Shown: piece after piece, positions 54,961 through 64,000 of the stretch
Numbering within the stretch: position 1 is the stretch's first letter
How the letters are laid out: each line of letters begins with the position of its first letter
NCBI GenBank assembly: GCA_047495785.1
Contig: JBLDXI010000042.1
Coordinates: 2,294,001-2,358,000 of the forward strand
DNA length: 64,000 bases
Direction: 5' to 3'
Source of the DNA: Lepidodermella squamata
Taxonomy: Eukaryota > Animalia > Gastrotricha
Program-made: the position numbers and the translations under genes
Notes under the pieces: generated by a model
Told to the model about the DNA's origin: nothing
What the model saw: only the letters and a program-made list of their open reading frames with translations
The model's database searches: none

Positions 54961-57900
54961 TCACACATCTTCATCATTTATCAGCATATCTAACATCATC
55001 TGAGTACTATCGTTTTGAAGCCGGTTGAAATGATGGCCGTCGCGATTGCCGAACGACGCATTGTCAGCACCGCCACGAGGCGGGGACGTGCTCACAGGCC
55101 GATGCCCGCCTCCCGCTCGGTACCACGTTATCACCTTCTTAGTCGCAGTGTAAGAAACGAAAACAACTAGAGCGACCGAGATGGCAGCACTAACGATGAC
55201 AAAAAACACTTTGACACCACTCCAAGAATCCGAGTCACCCGAAGATTCTTGCGAACCTTTCTTCGTGGATATTTCATCATCCAAACAGTTTCTCTCGAAA
55301 CCATGTTCCTTCCCTTCGGGACCGGGGCAGACCTCGGAAAGGAACGATTTCACTGAAAAACGGCCGCAGACAAATGTTTTCGGGAAGCATCTTTGATCTG
55401 TAGTACATCGGATTTGAGTAGTATCGTTACATTTCAGCTCTCGAGTGGACGTAATCACATAATCCTCTTCGAAACATGACCCGGTCAAAATAACGCTTTC
55501 GACGACAATTTCGCGATTCTTTTCTCCCGAAGTGCCTTCGAGCTGCAAGCTAACAAGGCGTTGCGTATTAGCCGCGAAATCTGACGGGCAGTAATTGAAA
55601 GGAATTCGAGTGAAGCTATTGTTGCCTTTTTTCGGGTCGTAATCTGCCGCAGTAACTTGCCATATCTTCCGGCGGCGCGTTACCGAAGACTTGGTGAAAG
55701 ATCCATCGACGCCCTGCTCCTCCAGAACAACAGCAAGATACGACCCAGGCTGTTGGCCGGTTCGAAATTCGTATCGGAGCAAAATATGACAGCTAGCAAG
55801 ATTGCAGGTCTTCTCCATTGCAGTGAACCGGCGAATTTCTGTGGTGGTTATTTCGGCTTGAGACGTTGGTGGGACGGTTGGCTGAGAAAAGGTACAACTT
55901 CTCTTGTCTTTTGCGCTGCTGCTGGAACCAGTGACGTTATTGCAAAATACCAACTCCTCACCACACGCCTCTCGGAGAGGATCTAAAAGCAAACAAAAAA
56001 TGTTATAAATTACTCATTTATGACTTTTTCCCGAAATTTCATGGAATTTCATGTACGCAGCAGCGAACAATGAAGTGTGAGCACTATACATAAGCGAGCT
56101 CGCACACTTAGCTAATGGCTGGAAGCAGTGGCGTGCTTCTGTAACTCAGCGACTTGAGAGCCGGGCTTGCCGAACGGCCGGCCGGTGGGAGCCCTGTCTC
56201 TGGATGTCACATGTCGATCGAGCGCCCCGTGTAAGTACGCCATCAACATGGTCGGCGCGGTGGAGGCCGTGCTGCCCAGGTTGTGTAATGACACGTCAAA
56301 GGTCAGGTCCTAACGGAAGCAGCCTAACGATGTGCGTGGTGAGCGGTACCGGGACAGTGCTTGTGAATGTGCGCCTTAGCCAGCCCATCGGTTCAGACGG
56401 ACGCAAATCTTTTTTTTATTTTTTTATTTTTATTAATTTAATTAAAACAATCTAATGCCCAAAAAATCTTAGGAAACCCATGATTCGCCCTGTTACCTAA
56501 CCCTCGGACCTCTATTTTGAAGTCATATAAAATCCTCACCTTCAATGAATTCCACACATTTTGCGGCAGAGTGGTCCATTCGGCAAGATAGGGCTTTCGG
56601 CGGGCAGTTAGCAGGGCTAGCTGCAACAGGCTTCCCACACTCGGACGAGAAAGCAATTTTAGCCAGGCCGACAGGATGATCTTTGATTGTCGGATAATCA
56701 TGTTCACCGAGTAATCCGCGAACTTTTGAATGCACCAAGGTAATCGTTGTCATAGATTCCGGCAGGAATACAAGTCGAAATTTCTGCATGGTTAAATTTG
56801 CGAAGTTCGTAAAATCAATTTTGCCAACTCGCCACTTCGTGACGGAGGTCATATTCGAGAAAAAGTGATCGTTAAACAGCCAAGTGGCGCGGCCTTCGTC
56901 GCTGAGATGGATGACAGACAGAGCTGTCCCGGGCCAGAGTCGGTATTGAAAATTCATTGTGCAATTATCGGGATTCATATTCTCATACATGTTAGATAGT
57001 AAGGCTCGGCTCTCGAGAAATTCCGGAGCGGCGATAAATTGGAACACAGAATCTGTTACAGCGATAATGCAAGGCTGGCCGTTACAGAGTGACATTTTTT
57101 GAGGCGGCCAGAGCCAATTATCACCTGGGAAATTTATGGTCAAGTCCAAAAATTACTTAAGTTTCACTTGAATTTACCTGTTAACCAGCCGCAAGTGTCA
57201 GGATAACGCATATCGCATGTACCACCGCAAGTCGTTTCGTCGCTGCAATCATGGCAATCACATAAAAAGTCGCACTTGTTCGCCGGGGAGTAGCAGAATT
57301 CCTTCGCATGGCTGCCGTCTTTCGGCGCCAGCATGCTGTCAATAATCTTACTCGGTTCCAAGGCCTGCGCAGAACAAGCCAACTCATCTTGCCTACAACC
57401 AACATCCTGCCGTTCTGGGAATTTAGTATACACCACCCTGCAGCCATGAGAGTAAGACAGGCCCCAAATGCCGACGAATCCATTAACGCCAACCCGTGTA
57501 GTGGCCACCATTCGGTCTTTATCTCGTAATTGAATCCTTATCTGCGGCTTGTGAAAATCCATTCGCATCGGTTCGTCAACCAGCTTTTCAACCTTGGTCA
57601 TGTGGTGATTGAACATTTTTAGTTCAATCTGCTCACGAATCCAGCCATTTGCAGCAACTTGTTCCAATTCCTCGGCGAAAGGCATCGCCGATTTTGAAGC
57701 GGTATCGATTACACTGAAGTCAACGTCTAAACCCGGTGGGACGTAGTAGAAAAATCGAAGCCAGCACTTCGTCGTCACGTCATTTATATCGCGAATCGCG
57801 TCGATTTCAGGTAAGGAAAAGAGAAAACTGTCATCAGCCTGGCGCAATTTATCGCTTAAATCGACGACAAGAGGCGCTCCATTCGGAAAATCGGGTTGGT

Positions 57901-58976
57901 CTGTAACTGAGGGCAGTATCACGCCGTTTGGCAGTTCGGGAACTGGGGGGATGAAGCCGTCTAATCTTTGAAAATTTGATTGGCCATAGCCGACTTTTGG
58001 AATGATTCGCCCTTCAATAGGGTTCCAGCCGTTAGCAATGTTGCAACCATTCGGGAACATGCAGTGTTCTGTGCGGTGGCCACACCCGGCTGTTTCTGGC
58101 TTCTCATCCGACGCATCCCCGCAATCGTCAACAAAATCGCAAACTGCAGCCCAAGTAATCTTTTTACCATTGACGCATGTAAAAGCTGTAGTAGGAGCCG
58201 CGTCCGGTGCCAGGTAATCACAAAACTCCCATGAAACGTTGCCCAGCGCCTTTCTACCCGTGAAATTCGACCACTGTTCAGCTTGAATAACCAGGTTGAA
58301 ATCGCGGTACGCACCAATTCTAGCCACAAGATCAAGCTCGCCTTTGTAAGAGCCGTGGATTGAAGCCACGAGTCGCTCATCTACCACTGTTTTGTCATTT
58401 TTCTTCCGGAGAAAAACCTTCCAATGACCGATGTTGCTAGATCCTTCGGAGGCCACGCGAACTCGAACTTGGCATTGAGGAGCGACTTCTTGAATAACCT
58501 CACTCTCAAGCTCAACCCGCCCACTCTCGTCCTTTTTTATGTCGTTGTTTTTGTTAACGCAAAGCATGCAATTGCCGTAGCCGAATTCGGCTGCTTCGCA
58601 CGCAACCCATTCTTTGATTTCTTTGCAAGTTTCAAATTTGAATGCAGATGATACGGTAACTTTAAAGCCGCAATCTGTAAATGCTGCGTAAGTTGTGCCA
58701 TTTGCAGCACAATTTCTAACGCCGGCTTTTACCGATGGCCTTTTGGGGTCCGGTTTCTGGGTTGTTTGAGGTGACGTTATTTGTTGTGTAGTAGTGGGAA
58801 CTGTTGCTGGCGGGGCAGTTGGCTGAGGAGCGGTACCTTTTGTTTCTGGAAAATAATCAATTAAATTGTTTACTCAACTTGGTTTTATTCAGCTCACCGT
58901 TTTGGCTGGAAGTTACTTTGAAAGACAGAGAAATGAGAAAGATTGTCAGAAGTTTTTGAAGATTGCCTGGTCGCAT
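54961..58976 (-). CDS. Type-I membrane protein with divergent MAM and LDL-receptor class A domains (MALRD1/MAMDC4-like); exons 58976-58898, 58845-57178, 57124-56540, 55982-54961
   Basis: Signal peptide MRPGNLQKLLTIFLISLSFKVTSS, Thr/Pro linker, LDLa repeats (FTCVNGK...VCDFVDDCGDASDE; KCDFLCDCHDCSDETTCG), MAM-like CWLRFFYY and CTMNFQYRL, TM helix VFFVIVSAAISVALVVFVSY. Phase-1 introns. Confidence 0.82.
56117..56412 (+). ncRNA. RN7SL: Signal recognition particle RNA (7SL), ~296 nt, antisense within an intron of the MAM/LDLa gene
   Basis: Colinear with metazoan 7SL: 5' GGCTGGAAG..TGGC..GCTTCTGTAA (Alu domain UGU), TAAG..GCCATCAACATGG, helix 6 gcgcggt-GGAG-gccgtgc, CAGGTTG, helix 8 CAGG-tcc..gga-AGCAG, GTAccGGGA, CAGCCC, and a Pol III T-run at 56410. 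Confidence 0.93.
56410..56417 (+). terminator. Pol III oligo-T terminator of the SRP RNA gene
   Basis: T8 immediately after the 7SL 3' end (aaatc). Confidence 0.85.
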
Positions 58977-60024
58977 TTTACTGCCAGTGAAAAAAAATGT
59001 AGAATGAATGTCTTGTCATATCAGCTTTTGTTTTTCGAAGCTCACATATGTTGTCCTGCTGATAAAATAACCGAGGGAAAGCAATATAGGAGCGTTTATT
59101 GCCTGTTTTATCGCTTTTCCATGTTACAAAAATGAGTCGCCGAATTTTATCAGACTTGGGGAAATTCTACACCAAGGAACTGCAAAACAATAAACAAAAT
59201 GAAAGTATGATAAAAGATATTGGTATTTACTTTAATATTCCTAATCAGAGGTTCTTTTTCCTAATATATTTAAGAAAACGCTATATAGTTTTTCGATGTG
59301 CTGTATAACAAGAGTTTCTTCTCGGTACCGAAGGCATAGCTCAGTGCACGTAGATAAGAAATATATGATGATGATTAAGCGACACGTCGGTGACTTTGTG
59401 GCGCGGTATCGTTATTACAGCCGCTTTCAGTGATTACAGGTCACTTTGCGCACACGCGTTTTTGCATATCAGCCTACTTTTGCGATGCATTACTATTATT
59501 AATGTGTTATGTATCTGAAGAAATATTTGCAGGTGATAAAACACATGCGTGGCTGAATGTCATGCGGCAAAAGTGGTATATATGGTATATATGCAACGAG
59601 GCGGTGGTGTTTTACTACACCGGAAATATTTATTCGTAAAAGCTGTAATACCACCCTAAAACGAGTGTTCGAAGGTTTGATAATCTTGGCCAAGCTGTGC
59701 TGAGCCACTAATGAGGAATTTGTGAGCTCACTTCCGGCATCTGATAACGGCATAAAAAACACGAAAATATGTTTAACCAGACGATTTAATTGTAATTTAT
59801 TAGTTACAACGACCAGTGATAAAATAAAATCATACTCAATATAATATTTAATATTAAATCAGCAGAAAAAATAATTGGAAGAAAGCAGCAAAAATTAATT
59901 TTCGAATCATTGAACCAGGTTGCGAATAAAAAATTGATCGACAGGACGAAACTACTTGAGTATCATTAAATGCTGAAAATCGAATATTAATTATTTTTTC
60001 ATTTAGCCATGAAAGATTACTCAC

Positions 60025-60588
60025 CTGTTTTTTGGACCTGAGTGGCACCTTGTTCGATGTCGTCCTCATAGTCGCGTTTTTCGAAAGGCTTGGTAACCAT
60101 TTGATCGGAAGCTGGTGATGGGGTTGTTTCTTCAGAATTGTAAGCAGTTATACCTCCTAAAAATGAAGAATGATTTTATCAATAACTTTTGAGAAGACGT
60201 TTGCCTATTCTAAAGCATCATCTATATCGAGGTATTTCGATGAATTTTTCTTTAACACTTTTTTCTTATCGATATTTCCAATAATAAAGGGACTCCTAGC
60301 TCTCTTAAAGAGGCCTTATTTTTAACACAAGTACTGGCGGAATTTACCCAGTAGAAGAGCTGTGCCACCGAGGATGAGAGCGGATGCGAGAACAAGTGCC
60401 TAAAAAACAATAAAACCGATATTATCAAGTCTTCTTTAAAATGGAACAAAATAAGTCTTCGTTTATTGCTCAGTCGAGTCCTTCATATGAAGAATCAATC
60501 AATATAGTCTAGAAAATTCTAAGGATTAGGTATAGAATATTCAACTCACGACGACAAATACCCAGTTATCTTCTCGACCAGTGGACAT
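60025..60588 (-). CDS. Alternative 5' coding exons of the MAM/LDLa gene (60588-60550, 60399-60348, 60156-60025)
   Basis: They splice via GT-AG into MSTGREDNWVFVVALVLASALILGGTALLLGGITAYNSEETT...QVQKT, ending in phase 1, compatible with the acceptor at 58845. Confidence 0.65.
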
Positions 60589-62350
60589 AACCGCTGCTAT
60601 AAATTCCTCTTTTAGCTTATACCAGTGCGAAAGTATGGTAGTTTTTTAATCATTCCTAATTTTTTTTCACAACATTTTTGAAAAAAACGCGTGTTAAATT
60701 TTGAATCGGCATGCGATTTAATGATCTCAAGCACGCGATTCGATTTTACCGAGTGCACACCAATTTTTTGTATTATTGCGGTCAAGTGCGTGTGCGCAAA
60801 ACACCCGCACATCTCTGATTTGCCGCGTATTATTGACAATTACTCAAGCCATCACCTGTTTTTATTTGTCTAATCCGATCGCGATTTCTCATTTCTCCAG
60901 TGCAATTATTTGTTGTATACCAATATGATATTATACAAGGTGGTCTTCTCACTTGCTGTTTTTCTTGACATGGGGCGTTTTTCTTACGCGCGCGCAAAAT
61001 ATTTCAATTGAAATTTAGGCGCATATATTCAGCAGCGTCTTGGTATAAGGACCATGCTTATCTGTCTCGCTCACAAATTCGCTCCCAAAACAAAGTGGCA
61101 AGTACGCCATGGCATAATTGGCCGATTATTCCTTTCAGATTGATGCTGTTTTGTTTTCTCACGCGGCTCTCCTGTTTCCCAGGCCGTAATAATAACAATT
61201 TACAGTAGTGGTTTCGATAGTTTTTAGCCTAATATACTGCGTATATAGGCGATCTATCTGCCATCGTCGCGCTGCAATCATTTTCCTTAATGTCGCGCAC
61301 GGGCACGATTTATTTGTTTGTTAGTATTTTCCTAAATATACAATTCGTGATCGATGGCCCCTCTCGCCTCTTCTACGAGGCGCAATGGGGGCGGCGCCCA
61401 AAATCGTCGCTGACCACAAGACACAAAATCGCAAACGTTGATTGCGCGGTACACAACAATATTAGGACAATAGGACGAAAATGTGCCCTGCTCCTCCTTA
61501 GCACAACTTACACCACAGGCGTCCGTAAAACTTGGCCTATAGCGGCGATTGGTATAACAAAACACGCCCAAAGCGCGGCCTCAAACTCTTCAGTAGTAGC
61601 TAGGATAATAATAACAAGACAATGCGCCCTAAAATCTTGTTTGCTTACACAACCACTTGAACATGGCTTTTTAGCCCGATGGCGCGCGCTTACGCGGAAA
61701 TATCGGCGCCATGGCGGACGCCGATGCTATAAAAATTTTATTGCAAAATCATCATCTTGATCATCAGCGTGTCTGGTCTCGTTACAACCTCCGTATAAAC
61801 TCCCACGGTCTCTAATCGCCGCCTCTTGTACTCGCAGTCACTGTCCGTAATACACCGGAAAATTGCAGCTATCATTGCCATCATCAGCATTCAGATGATG
61901 ATCATCTTCATTATATATAGAAATCGCTAGCTAATTTTTACGCGTCAAGCCATTCATCAGAATTTGGCAGTCACGCATTAAAATTCTAGCCGGCTATTTT
62001 TTGACTTTTATTTATATTTGCTGGTGGTGGTAAGACTTTTGTCGCCTATGTGTAGTGGAGGAAGATACTTCACGCGACAAATCAATCAGAATAAATTTAT
62101 AGGCGACATGCGTCGCGCAGATGGTAAACATTGTTTCGGCTAAACATAATTGACCTTTTTATTGTTTTTATAGGCGCGCGAGAGACAGAATAATTTTTAT
62201 CAGCTCAAATGTCTCCCATTGACAAATTTGCCATCGTTAAAAAAATCGTCGATTTTTATTAGATCTATTGCCATGTCGACGGCAGGATGAAGACGGCCGC
62301 GTTACTGCGCTGATTTTTCCTGCTGCTACTGCTGTAAAAAAATAACCAAA

Positions 62351-63819
62351 ATGATGCCGATTTTTCTATTACTGCTCCTGGCAACCGTTTTGCCGCAATC
62401 AACGCGGGCCCTCGACTGCACAGCACCAGCTTACAATTTAGCCGACCGAGCTACCTTACGGCGGTTTGTTGAACAAGCTGATTTGGTCGTAGTCGGCACT
62501 GTATTAGACCTCAACCGGAAAATGATACCGTTCGAGATGGGCCCGGATGAAATGTCGTCAGGTCGCGAAGGCCGCGTCCTAATTCGTCGCGTTTTCAAGG
62601 GCCAACAATTTTTATCGGCTCGTTTCAACGAATTAGCTACAACCGCGCGAATTCAGTCGCGAATTCCTACGATTATTCTAGGCTCAGATGCTGAGGGCAT
62701 CTTACAGGTTCGAGGCAGAACAACGTCGCCTGAGGACGATTCCTACGCGATAGACGACGCGACTCCGAGCAGTGATTTAGCCGCGCCGTTTCGGAAGGAA
62801 AAGCAAGCCCCGGTCCAAATAAGTAACAACGCGATAGTCGACGAATTTGTCGCGTATCTACGCGAAGGTTTGCTCAACGTCAACGGGTTCCACTCGCCCG
62901 GTATTTGCAACTCGGCGGCTGAGCGATTTGATACACGAATTTTGCTGCTGAAATTGCTGCCGGATAAATCAGCGCGGGGTAAGGCGATGAGGACGTCGTT
63001 TCGTTGGCGCCTCGTAGCAGCGCCTGTCCCACTGAATTGGCGAACTATTCAAGCGATTGAAGGCGTTGTTTCTGCAAACCAAGCTCGCCCACCGCCGAGT
63101 GGAAATTTGATATCAGCAACCGCGGCTCCAGTGACTACCCGGAAAATGGCTCCTACTACGCCTAGATGGACCTACGGCAAGTCGTCTACTGTACCAATCA
63201 TTCAATCAGTAAGGCCGACTTGGACTATGACCGCAGCGAAATCGACGACTACGCCAGCCACTCGGCGGCCAGCAGTGACTTGTGCCGAATATCGCTGCAC
63301 GGGGCCGGGCGAGGTTTGCACAATGTTCCAGGGTGTTCCTCGTTGCGAATGTCCCAACAATTGCGCAAGCCCTTCAGTGCCAGACTCATCCGGGGCAGAT
63401 ATCAGCGAAACGCCTACCAGTGTTTGCGGGACAGATGGTCAAACTTATGAGTCGATGTGCCATCTTGCCAAGGTTAAACTTAATTTATCCGATTTTCAAT
63501 TATTTTATTATTATTATCGCTTCACAGGCTCAGTGCGAGACCAAGTCGCGAACTTTACGGTTGAAACACACCGGAAACTGCGATGTGCCTGATCCGTGTT
63601 TGAATATGAATTGCACGTACGGTGCGATTTGCGAGCGTTCGCTAGACGGGCTCACCTCGAGGTGTATCTGCCCGCGCCAATGCCCTACCCCAGGATCCCC
63701 GGGTGCCAATGTCGCACTCTGCGGCAGCGACGGTCGTGATTATACGAGTCTTTGCCATCTTCGCAAATCCGCGTGCGAAGGCATGCGAGATGTCCAACCT
63801 GCTCGGCTTGGGAAGTGCA
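62351..63819 (+). CDS. AGRN: Agrin, 5' part (signal peptide, NtA domain, follistatin/Kazal repeats); exons 62351-63472, 63528-63819; continues beyond the window
   Basis: EQADLVVVGTV...GRVLIRRVFKG...VNGFHSPGICNS...DTRILLL (NtA), VCGTDGQTYESMCHL, DPCLNMNCTYGAICERSLDGLTSRCICP, LCGSDGRDYTSLCHL. Confidence 0.9.
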
Positions 63820-64000
63820 GTAAGTTTTTTTGAAATTTCAATTAATCCACACGGTCTTTTAGAAGAAATCAAATTTAATTTTCAGGATTATTTTTTTTAA
63901 TTCAAGATTTTTGGAAAAAATTGAAATTTTTGAAAAAAAAGAAAAATATATGAAATTTTTTAAAATAATCTGTAATAATCTGTTTCGAAAATCTTTCATT

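Noticed and set aside
56300-56324. Bacterial origin (HGT or contamination) of the SRP RNA
   Set aside because: The rest of the RNA (Alu domain, helix 6, length, T-run terminator) is colinear with animal 7SL and sits in an animal gene intron.

Overview
Eukaryotic DNA from a compact invertebrate animal genome (species not determinable), with mostly short (~45-65 nt) GT-AG introns. About 18 protein genes can be reconstructed by hand. Left minus-strand cluster: FBXO4, DUF1647-type gene, C3orf33-like, PPP1R7/sds22 and a p120/delta-catenin-like gene. Plus-strand cluster: U2SURP/SR140, BAP18, La and a divergent La paralogue. An orphan gene with PP1-docking motifs is followed by about 8 kb with no recognisable gene. 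Second minus-strand cluster: NKAIN, GEMIN7, NDUFAF1 and THADA, with 60-81 nt spacers between the last three. Then GCLC, a MAM/LDLa receptor with two alternative N-termini, and the 5' part of agrin. A 7SL/SRP RNA gene lies antisense in an intron of the MAM/LDLa gene. Mobile DNA includes TA-flanked MITEs, a deleted copia element, and pogo, MULE and Penelope remnants concentrated in the two large introns. Most unusual: (1) a nested micro-exon gene of seven consecutive symmetric phase-2 exons joined to a MULE-transposase fragment; (2) operon-like clusters with apparently unpaired 3' splice sites; (3) an SRP RNA whose helix-8 GNRA loop is replaced by UAAC; (4) a La paralogue with substitutions in the UUU-3'OH pocket. 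All homology calls come from motif recognition, not database searches.
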